The translations under genes were made by a program, and so were the position numbers. A stretch of 63,917 bases of DNA, the filler included, from Rhabdomonas costata (lineage: Eukaryota): NCBI GenBank assembly GCA_019059605.1. It is 35 parts of 35 records of this genome, joined end to end, with 100 filler letters (N's around TTAATTAATTAA, not from the genome) between each part and the next. Parts side by side here need not be neighbours in the genome. Positions count along the whole stretch, not along the records: positions 12,801 to 14,526 come from JAHMHO010009968.1; positions 14,627 to 16,355 come from JAHMHO010009969.1; positions 16,456 to 18,184 come from JAHMHO010009970.1; positions 18,285 to 20,014 come from JAHMHO010009971.1; positions 20,115 to 21,843 come from JAHMHO010009972.1; positions 21,944 to 23,663 come from JAHMHO010009973.1; positions 23,764 to 25,491 come from JAHMHO010009974.1; positions 25,592 to 27,319 come from JAHMHO010009975.1; 27 more parts are not named here. The stretch is one strand, 5' to 3'. Of this stretch, positions 12,801 through 26,519 are shown in pieces. The notes beneath the pieces are model-generated. The model worked only from the letters and a program-made list of their open reading frames with translations, was not told where the DNA came from and made no database searches. Positions within the stretch are counted from its first letter, which is position 1, and each line of letters opens with the position of its first letter.

Positions 12801-14329
12801 TTGGGGTCAGCACCGTCAACGCTGCTGGGCTGTCCGCGTACCTCTCTCTGCTGCTGGTGCCCCCGCCCGAGCAGGCCACGGCGCTGACCGCGGAGCAGAG
12901 AGCAGAACGGGCCGACGCTCTGGGCCGCACCCTGGATCTCGCTGCGCTAAATGCCCTGAAAGAGCTGGACTTCTCGTGGGTGCTCGCGGAGGTGCTGAGG
13001 CTTGTGCTTGAGCATGTCAAGGCGTGTGACACCGGAATGCTCACCCACGAGGCAGTGTTCCGCGTGCTGGCAGATTATTTTGGCGGGCGCCTTGGCGACC
13101 GGACGGGACTCTCCGAGTTAGGCATGAGTCCCGAGGCCCATCTTGCCTCACCACTGCCTTCGGAAGCTTTGCCACCCTCCGCAGACCCTCCCAGAGCCGC
13201 CCTTAATGCGCCTCCCACAGAAGGCCTCCCTCCCTCGGTGATGGAACCCGCCCTGGAGGAGGGGCCTTCCGCTGTTCTGAAACTCAAAAAGCTCAACGAG
13301 GAGCTGCGGAAGACCCGCCTGGAGGCAAAATCCGCGTGCCAAGAGCAGTGCCCCTGCGCTGTGGAGGCACCGGGCCAACCCACCCAGGGAACCAAGGTGT
13401 GCTTCCTCCTGGAGTTCGTACATGGACTCCAAGATATGGTAGGGACTCGGGACCAATTAGAGGGGTGCTGAAGATCTCGTGGAAACAAAATATGAATAAG
13501 AGCTGGAAGAGTGGCAGGCAAGTGCTGGTTTGGTACGGGGTTGTAGGTGGCCTCGCAACTTGCAGGGGATAACGAAACCTCGCTCTCTCACAGTTTGCTT
13601 TGGGTGGCCAGTTCTGCACTTCTGAATGACCTGCTTTCTCTTGTTGAAGTGGATTGGATTGTATTGAGTGGATTGAGTTGAATCAGGCACAGGTGTCCCC
13701 TGGTGCCTGCGATTCCCGAATTCCGCTTATGCCATAAATGGAGAGTGGCTTGTGTGGGCGGGGCTGCGTGCAGGTTGCGGATGCTCTGGCTGCTGAGGGC
13801 CAGAACCTGCCTTTTTCGAGTGCTGCAGCAACTGACGCCCTTCTTGATGAGGCCCTCCTTACCTCCTTTGAGCTAAGGAAACAGGTTCCCGTTGCTCATG
13901 GGACCGTCTCGGGTGGAGTTGAGGAGGAGGAGTTAGAACTGCGCCTTTTCCTCCACCTCCCTGTCTCGTTGACCTCAGGATTGGACAACGCCCGGAAGTG
14001 TTCTTGGAAGTCCACCGAACCCCTGTTGCCAGGGCCCAGTCCGGCCCTTCTGGAAAGGCTCACTTAGCTCGGAGCAGTTTACCTGTGTGAATGTAATGAA
14101 TTGTTAGTGGCTCAATTCCACCTCGCAGAGCGTCCTTGTTTCCTAGTTTTTTCTCGTTGCGCTTCCCATTGCTGTGGCTCTACCCATTTGATGTTTGTCG
14201 CTTGACCTGGACCTCCCCGAGCACCCCTCCTTTGGCGGAGGGACGGTGCTGCACTTCGCAGTGCGCCTGGGGGCCCCCGTGGACCTCCTGAAGGACCTCA
14301 TCGCGAACGGAGCACCCGTAGATGCCCAG
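12801..14329 (+). CDS. Hypothetical multi-exon protein containing an ankyrin repeat (exon 14222-14329)
   Basis: Long GC-rich ORF 12857-13471; downstream exon GGGTVLHFAVRLGAPVDLLKDLIANGAPVDAQ fits the ankyrin consensus. Linkage of the exons is inferred. Confidence 0.5.
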
Positions 14330-15126
14330 GCAAACGCATACGCAAATTCGTTCCTCGCTCCTTTTTGGTTTTCTTTTTTCTACCGCAACGTGCTACTGCT
14401 GGCTTCCTACTCAGAATTATGGTCTCTGTAGGTATGTACGAGTGATGTCTTAGAGTAAAACACAATCAGAGACATTTTGTCATTTTCTTTTGTCCGCCCT
14501 AGTTCATCCCGGAGTGGGCTCAAAAANNNNNNNNNNNNNNNNNNNNNNNNNNNNNNNNNNNNNNNNNNNNTTAATTAATTAANNNNNNNNNNNNNNNNNN
14601 NNNNNNNNNNNNNNNNNNNNNNNNNNGCCACATCCGTCCGCTCCGGCCTCGCCACGTGCTGACCTCTGCCCCTAAAATAATAGCAATGTTGTCCCAATCG
14701 ATCCAAAATGTCCAAAACGTGTGATACGGGGGATACGGTTGTCCGCCTCACCTCCACACAACCTCCAGTTACAGCCAAAATGTACACCTCGAGTCAGTCG
14801 TACACCTCGAGTCAGTCTTCGAAAACTGTCCCCAAGTCAATGGAGCAAACGGGTGGTGAAAAAATCAGTTTTACACGGAGACATTTTTTCCGGTTGTTTT
14901 TTTTTTCGTGACTCTGCTCCCACCTCTCAGGCTTGACGCGGTCCATATTTTCAAAAGAAGAAGTCTCTCTTTACTCCTTCCTCAGCAATCGCCATCAGAA
15001 AGGAACGGAGAGGCGCGCGCACACACACATACACATACACTTGGTGCACTTCGCAAGGATGAGTTTTTTCTGGAGAGGAATCGAGGTCACACACACACAC
15101 AAACACACACACACACACACACACAC

Positions 15127-16022
15127 CATGAGGTAGCCCTCCCGGATGTTCGGCCGAGCGGAGGCCTGGATGACCTCCAGCAGCTTCGGCAGCAGGGCCT
15201 CCAGCTTCTGCACCCCCAGCGCGGCGACGACCTCGCACAGGCCCTGGGCCGCGCCAACCCGCTCCACCCCACTGCCCTCCACCTTCAGCGCCTCCAGCAA
15301 CCACGGCACCAGATCGGGGAACCGGCGCTCACCCAAGCCCCGCATCAGGCTCCCCAGGGCCTTGGCTGAGGTCGAGCGGACCTCCGGAATCGGGTCTGCA
15401 ATCCGCACCAATGCACATCTCAGAAGCCACCCACATTCTCCTCACCCAACACCAACAGAAGTCGTTTATGGCCATAGAAACTTGCGTGCTTGCGAACATG
15501 GAGAGCAGAGCTCACAGCTCCACTGCTGGGTACGATCTCGCTGCATGAGACTGTCAAGTTCTGCAGCACGAACTGGGAAATTCACCAACCCAATCATATC
15601 ACCGCAGCGATACCGCCGCACAACGAACGGTTTCAACGTCGGAGTGCCCGTGTCCCATCATTGCACAGCACAAAAATCACGCCGTTTCAGACTGTCCCCT
15701 GACACAAATAACAACACAAAGACTGCAGAGAGGCAGATCAGATACGGCGACGAGGGCATCTTATGTGAAGGCATGCTATCCCTTTCGGCAAAAGTCAAAA
15801 AGAGAAGTAATCCTTCGTCATGGAACCAAACCTTGCCGTCAAAGACTCATGTGATGGATACGGTCGACACACGTAATCATACCCACAAGGGTGACCTTCA
15901 GCTGGGGCACCAGGTCCTTGATATACGGAACCATCACCGAGGGTTCCTGCAGCAGCTGCGAGAGGCTGCCCACGATCTGCGCGGCCTTCATCTTTACCCC
16001 GGTGCCACGCTCCCGTAGGCCG
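15127..16022 (-). CDS. GCN1: GCN1 (eIF2-alpha kinase activator, HEAT repeats), partial; exons 15883-16022 and 15127-15395
   Basis: Spliced GLRERGTGVKMKAAQIVGSL...MVPYIKDLVPQLKVTLV|DPIPEVRSTSAKALGSL...VERVGAAQGLCEV...REGYLM is the conserved GCN1 segment; GT-AG intron. Confidence 0.93.
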
Positions 16023-16455
16023 CTGTTTCGATTTGGGAGGGTCAGTCCTATCTGACGTGGACATCACTGCAGCCGTTACCGCTTTGCTTTAATTTATTCA
16101 TCATTTAATTTATTCACCATCAAACTGCTTTGGAGTTTTGTCAAAGAGACCACTAAAGGACACAGATGAAAGCCACTTGGGGTCCGTTCCCTTGATGCAG
16201 TCCGTTCGCTTGATTCACAACAGGAGAGAAACACTGCAAACTTTGGATGAATGGATAGTAGCAATTCAAAAATCGACAGCAGTGCATGTTTCATGCGTCC
16301 TCATATGTCAGCAGAATTTTGACGGACGACACCTCAAATGAAGCCACACCAAACCNNNNNNNNNNNNNNNNNNNNNNNNNNNNNNNNNNNNNNNNNNNNT
16401 TAATTAATTAANNNNNNNNNNNNNNNNNNNNNNNNNNNNNNNNNNNNNNNNNNNN

Positions 16456-17916
16456 GGTTGGGTGTGGGGCGGCCCCCGAGGCAGCCGCCCCAGACGCAAC
16501 CCCAGACGCAGTCCCAGCTCCAGCAACTGGCCTTCCAGCAGCCGCTGAGGATTGGCGACGAGGCGTACCACTTGGGCATCACAATGGACTCGGCGATGAA
16601 GAACTTTGACACCTTCGGGGCCTCCAACGGGGTGAAGTTCGTCAGAGGTGTGCGTGCGTTTGTTGTGAGTCTTTCTAAGGACTTCCACTCAGGGGTGGTC
16701 AATCCCCCGAATGCAGCAGCCGCGGAAGCGGGAGAATCGATCAGAAGCACGCCTGGAGGAGAACTCCGAACGAACTGGTGTCTTGTGTAAATAGTGTGGT
16801 GAGTGAGTATCTGTGTGCTGTCTGCTGTGTGCTGTTTACGTATGCTTTTCCTCGCATGTGTCCTTATCTATGCCATGTGTTTTTTATTGGTGGGGGGGCG
16901 AAAGAAGATCTTGGGCACTGCTCTGAAATTTGAATTGCTGTGTTTATTGCTGTGCGCGTCAATGACCCTCTCTTTTAAAAACCATTCCTTTCGCAGCAAA
17001 ATGCTCTCTGTGCCATGCTGTGCTTATTGGTATCCATTTTATTTTGTCCTTTTTTCGGGTGGTCACATGGGGCTGCAGGGACCCCTGCGCAGTCCATGCC
17101 TGCCCTGCGCAGACACCTCCTGTCTCACGGGCTGAAGGTGGCGGTGCTTCGAGTGGACAGTGACACGTATGCTAACGCGCTGGGGGAGAGTGCCTTGTCA
17201 GTCAGGATGAGTGAGCAGTGGAGTCGGTTTGGGGTTGGGTCTGTGGGGCGAAAGGCAGCACACTCAGATGTCACATATGGGATGTGGCCACTCGTATGAG
17301 GGTTCTCGCCCGGGTATTTATGATTATGAGAGATCCGGGAACATAGAAGGCTTAGGAGGAATCCCTGTCGATCCCAGCCACCCGTTGCAGAAGTTCCACT
17401 CCGGCCCAGTCCCTGGCGCGTGCTGAGTGAAAGGAAGGTCGACAGTTGCGTTCAAGAGTAATTGTTCATCATTCGTCACGGCTTCTCTGTGCTCGGGTGC
17501 AAGGGGGCTGTATGAGCCAACCGTGTTCACTTTCTGGTTGAAGAACATCTCAGCAGCAGCCCCACCACACTTTGTGGAGGGTTGTATGGCTTGCCGAATT
17601 TTTTTAAGAAGCTAAGCTTCAGTAGAAACAAGACCTGCAGATGATAATAGTAAAGCAAAGCGTCACCTTGAGCCGTTGTCTGTCCCAGATCCACACCAGA
17701 CAAGAATGGTTCAGGGCACAGAAGTCACCCCTTCACACACCCAAAGTCCAACTAATGCTCACAAAACAAAGCAGCAATTCCAAATTCGTGTTTGCGATGT
17801 GTGATCCCTTATGCAACCTCTGCCACAGGTACGAGTCGGTGATGGATGTGCTGTATAACCTGTATGACCTAGTTCCCGTTGGGGGCTTCGTCATCATCGA
17901 TGATTGGGTCTGGAGG
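16456..17916 (+). CDS. TylF/MycF/NovP-family O-methyltransferase, partial; exons 16456-16647, 17079-17166, 17829-17916
   Basis: Spliced ...MKNFDTFGASNGVKFVRG...KVAVLRVDSDT|YESVMDVLYNLYDLVPVGGFVIIDDW matches TylF 'AVLRLDGDxYESTxDxLxxLYxxLSPGGxVIxDDY'. Confidence 0.85.
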
Positions 17917-20118
17917 GTAGGCCCTTCTCCTCCCCGTCCCCCTATTTTTTCCGCTTGCACACCTCGTCTTTGAGCTGCCGCTCTAGGCAGAGGAAGGGGT
18001 GAAGGATGGAGGTGGAACGAGATGTTCTTCGGGGGAGACCCGTGGCCAAGCGTGCCCGGGGGACTCATTAGCACAGCATTGTGTTCATCCAAATCAATAA
18101 AATCGTATAAAATGTGCCGCGCATGCGCAAACACACAGCTCGTCCAACTCGGCGTTGGTGTCTTTTGAGACCCCACCCACCAACNNNNNNNNNNNNNNNN
18201 NNNNNNNNNNNNNNNNNNNNNNNNNNNNTTAATTAATTAANNNNNNNNNNNNNNNNNNNNNNNNNNNNNNNNNNNNNNNNNNNNGCACCACACCTTTTCG
18301 CAGATACTGAAGCTCGCGACTCGCCGTCTCGAACCTTTCAGTGTATGTGTGATTATACGAGAAATCCTTGCAATCACCGGTGTCATCGGCCTAAAGGAGA
18401 CGGGGGAGTTTGGCTTGATTGAGTCCACTTTGTCTTCGGGCTTCACCCCCGACCGTGCACTAAAAAACGCCTGGAAGGAAAGGATACACCACAATGCGCC
18501 GCCAAGACGGAACCGTGACCCCCTGGCAGAGAGTTGGGCGAAAAGATGGGTGTGGTGTGCCGGGGATATATAAAAGGATTGTGTGCGGGTTCGCACGACA
18601 AAAGAACACAAGAACGAAAAAAGAAAAAGAGGTTAACAGAGGAAAGAAAAAACCTTACCCTCAAAGTAACGCGAATGGGAGAGGGAGGTGGGTGGGTGTG
18701 CGACCGGTGTGCTGGACTGCCCAGCGGTCAGGGCACAATCTGCAATGCAGATTACAGGAAAACGAGGAGAGTACCAAATGTGGCGGAGAGTGCAGAAGGG
18801 AAGGGGAGAGCAGAGAAAGAAAGGCCGGCAGAACCCCTGGGGAAGTTGTGGTTTTAGCTCGCGCCACAAGAGCTACAAAAGTGAAGCAGCATGCGACGGA
18901 TGCGAGGCACCGCGCACGTACCCAAAAACGGAAATGGAAAGAAAGAGAGAGAGAGAGGTTCACACCAGCACCGCCATGCGGGGCTGAAAAAGGAAGGAGG
19001 CCGCCCAGGGGGCTCGAGGAGCGACCCCGGGGGATACCCAAGCGACACCCTGGAGAGACGCAGAGGGAACCCGACGGTGGAGGGCCAAAAGGGTGGAGAA
19101 GGAAAACGAGAGGAGCCCTCCCGAGGTGTCTGGAAGCGAAGAGGTGCAAATCCTGTGAGCAGTCAGACCGAGCAGTCTTCTGAGCACACAGAAATGCATG
19201 CACATCCCCGCTCCCGCAAACGCTGACCATCAATGAAGGGCTCCTTTACAGATTGTCCCACATGTGTGGGTTTGCCCACAACCAGGGGATACAAAGAAGA
19301 TCGAGAACGCCGATAAAAAAGCGGTGTGTGTGTGGGGGGGGGGGCGGTGAACTTTGAAAGCAAAGAATCTGAGGAGCGATCCGCCGAGCCGTGAATGAAC
19401 ATGCTCTGACTCAACATGAGACCTCACCACTTTTCAGGACACTGCTGCTGCTGCTGCTAATGTGCTCTCCTCTAACAAACCAGACCAAGATCTGGTCAAG
19501 AGCTGACAGGGTCGGCTTGTACAAGCAGACGCAATGGAGAGGGAGAGAGAGAGAGGAGAGAGAGCGCGCAATGGGGAGAAGAGGAAGAGGGAAAGGCTTT
19601 TCCTCCTTCCCCGTTTTCCCTCCAAAACTATCTCCTCTCAATTGTCATCTCTATTTTCCAGGCGGTTCAATCTCCTTCGGAAAGAAGTGAGGTCAGAGCG
19701 ACCCGTACGCCATTCGAAGAACAGGGAGCGGTTGTGAAGGGCGTGCCTTGTGGTTGCACCACAGCATTGCGACACTGTCTGCAAAAGGACACTAACCTGC
19801 ACCCAAACCGGAACGCCGACCTGTATCTTGGGGGTCCCACAGACACCCCAACAGAAACAACACACAACAAGCTTGCGCAGATAATTGGAAGCGGCGAAAG
19901 CCACAGTGCGCGAAGTGAGGGAACACACCCAACATCACAAAAACCAATGGGGAGAGTGGGAGGGGTGCTGCATGTGAGGCGAGGGCAGCCCTTTGGGCGA
20001 AAAGCCGGCAAAGANNNNNNNNNNNNNNNNNNNNNNNNNNNNNNNNNNNNNNNNNNNNTTAATTAATTAANNNNNNNNNNNNNNNNNNNNNNNNNNNNNN
20101 NNNNNNNNNNNNNNGCAG

Positions 20119-20612
20119 GCCGTTGCGGTGCTGCTGTCCCTGCTTTCCCTGGGGATTAAGCCTATCCACTACGGTGCGGAGTGGGGTGCTTTTATGAGGA
20201 GAGCTCAACCTGTCCCATGCTCTTGGCTCACTTTTTTTCCTGTGTGACTGCCACTGCCCAGCGATTAGCTACGAGGGACCTGAAATGGATTTTTTATCTT
20301 TAACCAATTCCGAGGCTACGCCGCTCCGTCCCTTATATTTGACCTATGAACAAGTGGAATAAAAAATTAACCATTCCGCGGCATACAGTGAAGGTCACTC
20401 TCCCTCCCGTTCCCAGTTCTTATAGTTCTTTCAATTTCTTAGCATTCCTCAGGCTTTGTGTCCTTCCTCTCTTCTTGTTGTCAGGGCCGCACATCCCGGC
20501 ATTCTTCAACAAGGACGTGATCGCATACTTGGAGAAGAACTGCGGGCTGATCCACGTCGGAGACGCGGTGCAGGATGCGAAGAAGATGTGCAGTGCGAAG
20601 GGCATGGCGTAA
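20119..20612 (+). CDS. hcp: Hybrid-cluster (prismane) protein / hydroxylamine reductase, C-terminal exons 20119-20173 and 20485-20612
   Basis: Spliced AVAVLLSLLSLGIKPIHYG|PHIPAFFNKDVIAYLEKNCGLIHVGDAVQDAKKM* matches the Hcp C-terminus (QK)AVxVLLxLLxLGVKNIxLGPTLPAF; phase-1 GT-AG intron. Confidence 0.88.
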
Positions 20613-23600
20613 TTCTAATGCCGAGCCGTCCGTCTGGTCTCAAGGACACCAGCTCAGTCAATCCGGAGGAAGGGGGAAAAGGCCAGTGTTTGGGGAATGA
20701 GGGGAATGCCTACAGTTCGCGTCTCTCTCGGGGTGTTTTTTGTTGGTTTGGTTCATTCGTGAAGGAATCAGTCGCCAAGCAGGCATGGCACAATCGGGCT
20801 GTTCATTCTTTTCTCTTTTTCTTTTCCTCACTCCTCTCGGAGACGGCAAAAAGCTCCCATTGTGGCCCGCACACCCAAAGAAAATGACCTCCTTTCCATT
20901 TTGAAGAAACTTGTCGACTCCAGCAAACGAGGTGTTCTCGTCATTCTCTTTTTCCCACCGTCAACCTCCCTGACCTTTGAATACAGTTCTCCGATGGTGG
21001 CGCTGAAAAGAAGGAAACGAAAATATGGCAACAATGGCAAAGAAAGGCTGCGGAAGAGAGAGATGGTCCCTTCACAGCCCTGTTTGTTCGAATATTTTGT
21101 GTGGTGGCAGGCGCAAAACTTTGGCTCTCCTTTTTTTCTCTATTTGTTTTGGTTTCCCCCCGGCTGAGGTCGGGTTGGCTTCCCCCAAGGGCGTTGTTTG
21201 CCTGCAAGGAAGCCGCTTTAGATATGGCAGGTGAAGGGTTTTTGGGTGTCATTGCGATATTTTGGGTATGAGAGAGGATGGTGCACTGCTGCACCGCTGA
21301 GCTAGCCCACCGCATGGCCTTTCTTATGCTTCCCTGTGCGGCGTGCGCGTAGACAGCTCACAGCTTTGAAGGAAATGGGCAGTGGTTTCTTTGGATGTCT
21401 TTGGATGCGATGGGGAGATGCATTCATTGGTTACCAGAAGTAATGATGGCATTCAGGTCGTAGGGTTGGAGTTCCTCTCATTATTCATAACCTGTAACCT
21501 GTCGAAATCCTGTGGGCAGGCATGCCGCTACTTCGACTTGCTGAGATAACTATTTGGGATTCCTCCACAGTCCGGGCGCAGATAAAATCACTGTATACAA
21601 CCGGCGTTCATAAAGAGCAGCATCTGCGCATCACTCCCGAACCACCACCATCCCCACGGGCGCCCCGCACGTGCATCGCATCCTAACCCCATGCGAGATA
21701 ACCTGTACTGAAGAAGCGCCAACTATTTTCGCCGTTCCACCACGAATGGCGTGAGGCTCGGTTTCTGCACCACCGAAAAGCCGGTGCTCACCCGCCCATA
21801 CACAGCCTGCCATCATTTTTTCACTTCGCTCCAACACCAACCCNNNNNNNNNNNNNNNNNNNNNNNNNNNNNNNNNNNNNNNNNNNNTTAATTAATTAAN
21901 NNNNNNNNNNNNNNNNNNNNNNNNNNNNNNNNNNNNNNNNNNNCGATTTTTTCAGCAGACGCGGGGTGCATCACTTGGAAGGAGGAAACAAAAAGCCTAG
22001 CCGGACTGCAGACAGTTTTTGAGAAATCCGTGTTTGTAAAGACGCAAAGCATGCTGGGAAAACGTTGCACATGGTTGGATATCGGCAAATCAAGTGTTTA
22101 TCACTGTCTTCCATCCCATAAAAAACAGCAGTCACAGACAATCCTCTTGTTGTTGTTATTGGTGTTGTTGTGGTGGTGGTGGTGGTGAGGAGCTGACAAA
22201 AGGCAGAAACAAAAAATACATTCACACAGAAATACTTCCCCTGCACGCCTTTTCCATGGGCACAATGACCGTGTTTTGCCTCGTGCTCTTCTTTGTGCTG
22301 CCATATTCATGCTCATTTGTGTTTTTCAGGCACTCCACTCCACTGCTGCACTACCCTTCCGCGCGCGTGTGTTTCTTAGCTTGTCTTTCTGGTCTCCTCT
22401 TTGCTTTTGTACCAGCCAGAGTGCGGACAACCTCCACCGACCTGCCGCCAGCCTGCCGCCAAGTAGCAGCCCCTGCTCGCCGCAGCCGGCAGTACCCCCG
22501 CCAGCCAGTTAGCCCTGGGCGCCGGGACAGCCCGCCTGATGCTCAAGAAGACCGTAACACACACATGCACACAAATATACGATGCACTTGACCACTGCAC
22601 AACTTTTGCTGCACTTGTTGTGCCCTTCGCACCACTTTCCCCGACTAACGGATTCTTTTGGTAATACCCTAACACACCCAGTTTTTGACATTAGTCGCTC
22701 CTTACCTTTTTCTGGGTCTCCTCCGCCCCTAGTGGTGGAGAGTGTAACGGTTCTCCTAATGTCAGAAACCGGTTCTTTCTCCACGTCCAAGGATCACTCC
22801 TTGCCCGGAAACACATGCCCCCACAACACATTCTTTGCCCACATAACCCCCTAACGAAATTTCTTCTTTGGCCGAATGACCGTTCTGGACATTCCCCCTT
22901 GACCATTGCTACTGTCTTTTCCCTGCACAACACCCGTTGCGTTTTTCATGCTTTTCTTCCTGCTTTTGGTTTCCTTGGGTACCGCTTTTCCCCCGAGGAC
23001 CTTTGGTCACTTGACACTACCGGTTTGTTTTGAAATTTAATATCGCAATAAACCAAAACTAAAGGAATCTAAATGGAAACCCCCTTTGGCTAGACCAAAA
23101 CTCCCATCCCCAAAAAACTACCGGATTTGACCCGAAAACTTAGTCCAATGAATTGTTGTAAATATACCATTCTTCTGATGCACCTTTGCTTTCCTTTAAC
23201 AAGTTTTTACACACTCTTCCCACTTCCTTCGATATTCCGTATTTTCCTAATTCCGAAGTGGAGCGTGGAACCTGTGTGTGGTTTCCTTCTAACGGTTTTG
23301 CTTTGGGATTGGGAAAGAGAGGACTTTATCCCGGTCAACCAAGAGGGACCCCGGATCTGTTGTGGAGGAGTAGCGGGGTCAAACCCGATCCACCGAGCGA
23401 GGAACAGAGAGACGCAAGCATCCCTTCTTCAGACCGAATGCTGGGAAGATTGGCGCGGGTGGATTGAGCTGGGAAGAAACGGGTGGGAGGATTGGGAGGA
23501 AATTCCTTTGCTGCAATCGTCACCTCAATTGTGCATTGCACGTGCCTCGTTGGACCGAACCCGACGATTGAGATTTTGTTCTTGACTTCGTCCTGCCGAG

Positions 23601-26420
23601 GATCCGAACAGAAGGATGAACCAAGCAAGATGAAGTGCCAGGCAGAGCCACCAAAACCACACCNNNNNNNNNNNNNNNNNNNNNNNNNNNNNNNNNNNNN
23701 NNNNNNNTTAATTAATTAANNNNNNNNNNNNNNNNNNNNNNNNNNNNNNNNNNNNNNNNNNNNATGAGAAAAATACGCCTTGCCTTTTCCGTAAAGTACA
23801 AATGGTTCAGGATCAGCGTGGAATTGGAGTTGTTCCATTGTTTGATGATCCATCACTTCCCCTTCTCAGACAATTGTAAGGGAGACACCCTCCTTGATTC
23901 ACTTTCAGCTGATTTTTTTCAGCTGATCCATTATTTTAACCAAAAATAATCCGAAGTTGTTCCAATATTAACCCGACTCTTTATTATCACTGTCACGGAA
24001 TCTGCGCAGACACCCAATTCGGTACTGTGAATAACCGCAACCACCGCAATAGAAATAATCTTCACAAACAGCGACCGGGGGAAGCGTGGGGGAGCACACC
24101 CCAAGTGGCAATCCAGACATAGTGACCGTGAAGGAGGTAGGCTGAAGGTCCGCGGCAGGGGCCACGGGCTGGGCGGTAAGGGGAAGAGGGGACGGCTGTG
24201 TGAGCAGCTGGGGCGCCGCCACAGTCCCGGCGGCAGACCCAGAAGCAAACTGAGAACATCCGAATTATTTCGTAAATTTCGTAAAAATTTATTCTTAAAT
24301 TCGGGGCGCGCGCGCACACACACACACCCCACACAAACACCAAGATTGGAAAGGAGGCCGACAGCAAAATTTCCACCCTTTACTACCCAAGCTTGGGAAA
24401 GTTATCATGCTTTTTATTGAAAGGGAGGACAGACGCTTGGGAGATTTAATGTTTGTAGGTGTATGGTTCCGATTCCCGCACCCATCTGGACGTCGGACTC
24501 TCAGAGTTGCTGAAGCAGGTTACATCAGGTCAAAATTAAGACCATGTGCAATTTAGTGCATAAAAAAACGCAAAAAATCCAGCGATTGAAAGTCAGCGAG
24601 AAAACAAATCGACGGCGGAGGTTAGGCGTTAGAAACGCCGTGACACGCTGCACACCTGGACCAGCTATTCATAAACCACACAGAAAACTGCCCATTCGAA
24701 TGAAAAAACCAGAGAAGCCAAAGAAGGGCGGTTGCCTCCGCAAGGGGAGGGAGCCAGGCAATCGATGATGAGGACAAAAGACCGGGGGGGGGGCTTTCCA
24801 CCATAGGCACATCGTAGCTGTCCTGGGGACCCGAGGCATGGTGAGGCGCAAACGCAGAGACGGGGGCCGAGGAGGAAGAAGAGGGCTGGGCTTTGGAAGT
24901 CGAAGCGCTGGAAAGCGACGCCAACGAAAAATGAATTTAATGGAAAAGAATAGCATATGATCAACCAATATGCTGCAAACCCACCGGACAACCCAGAGAA
25001 AACTGCCCCCCCCCCCAGAACGCTCTTGGTATAAAACGGCGTGAACCGAAGGTTATCCAAAGGTTGCGTTCACGAAAACCACACACAGAAAGTACTCGCC
25101 CGAGGCGGGTCGAAAAATGCCGTTAGCTCCATTGAGCTCCGTCTAGGTCCACTTATCACTTTACCCAGGTACACTTATCACTTAGCACCATTTACCACCT
25201 TTTTAACACAATTAACACGTTTGCCCACCAGCCCATTTATTCAACCTCACCTCCCCAACAATACAACAAAAACCGATCTTCTTCACACCACCTCTTCTAC
25301 CCCTGTCCAGAATCGCTGGCTACTTTTAGGGCAATTGAGGACAACAAGTTCTACAAACTTAACAAAACTCCAAGCCAGCGCTTGCCCAAACCTTGGCCTT
25401 TGCACACGGTGGCGTCCCCCGTTTCTCCCCTCGGGAGTCTCTGGGGCCACAGGCCGCGGCTCAGCCTTCACCCGGACACCCCCACCCACCCNNNNNNNNN
25501 NNNNNNNNNNNNNNNNNNNNNNNNNNNNNNNNNNNTTAATTAATTAANNNNNNNNNNNNNNNNNNNNNNNNNNNNNNNNNNNNNNNNNNNNTCTATATTA
25601 TAGTGCAGTATGTGACAAAATTCGAAATCAAAAGGGGCTTGAAGTGGACAATAATTATGAAACTCGGTGTTCCATTTTCCGATTAATCAAAATATAGGCC
25701 AGCGAGGCGCAGGTCCCGATGGGACATAGTGCTATCAAGGTTTCGGACTCCATATTCACTGTATGGGGGGACTCGAACATGATTTGGAGTGAAAAATGCC
25801 CTAAAATAGGGCAAAACCAAGCAAAATGGGGCCCAAAACAGGGCAAAAACAGTTGCGAGTGGAAGTTGAGTATTTTGAAACTCTCCCTGAGATCCCATCC
25901 TACCAGGGGGGAAACGGGAACGGAAGGGACTTGTATGCGAGCACTCGAATTTTTGTCCATTTTTTCCACAGTCATGGCCCCTTTTTAAATCACGTTTTGT
26001 CATATATTGAAAAGGTAGGCAAACTAAGAAAGTCAACTGCACAAAAAATCCCGACTCACAGGGGGAGGGAAGGTCCGATATTAGGTGCTACGGTTGGGGT
26101 TCCTGCTCAGCAAAAAGAAATCGAATGAATTCAGATAGTGCAGGTTAATATCCTCTTATTAAAACAATTTGCGGTGAGTCTGGCACACTGCTAATTTCTT
26201 GCAAGGTCATAGAGTCTTCACACCCGAAGTGTGCTAAACACATGGACCAGCAGCGAACACTGCGATAAAAGACAGGGGAAAGTCTTGGAATGGGATGGGG
26301 ATCTCTCCGGATGTAATTGGGCTCAGTTATTGAGATACTCGTTCACAATCGTTGAGTGCAAATGAAGCGGCTACCACGTGCCCATGCCCATTCACAGCAC
26401 AACTGGAAACTGGTACCTAC

Positions 26421-26519
26421 CAGCTTATCAGGCTCGGCGCCCGCTGCCAGCAGAGTGGCCACGGCCTTGATGTTGCCAACCCCGGCAGCGAAGTGCAGCG
26501 CCGTCTTCCCAGAAACGTC
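26421..26519 (-). CDS. Single-ankyrin-repeat exon (99 nt, 33 aa)
   Basis: AG|DVSGKTALHFAAGVGNIKAVATLLAAGAEPDKL|GT; one complete ankyrin repeat with phase-0 boundaries. Confidence 0.85.

Noticed and set aside
15396-15882. Apparent non-canonical (GT-TG, euglenid-type) intron in GCN1 suggested by the ORF start VRIADP
   Set aside because: A standard GTATGA...TGCAG intron gives the better join KVTLV-D-PIPE. I found no convincing non-conventional intron in any conserved gene here.
15146-16018. 290-aa plus-strand ORF, and many other 60-280 aa tracked ORFs
   Set aside because: Antisense or off-frame shadows of GC-rich exons, or chance ORFs from alternative starts; no recognisable motifs.
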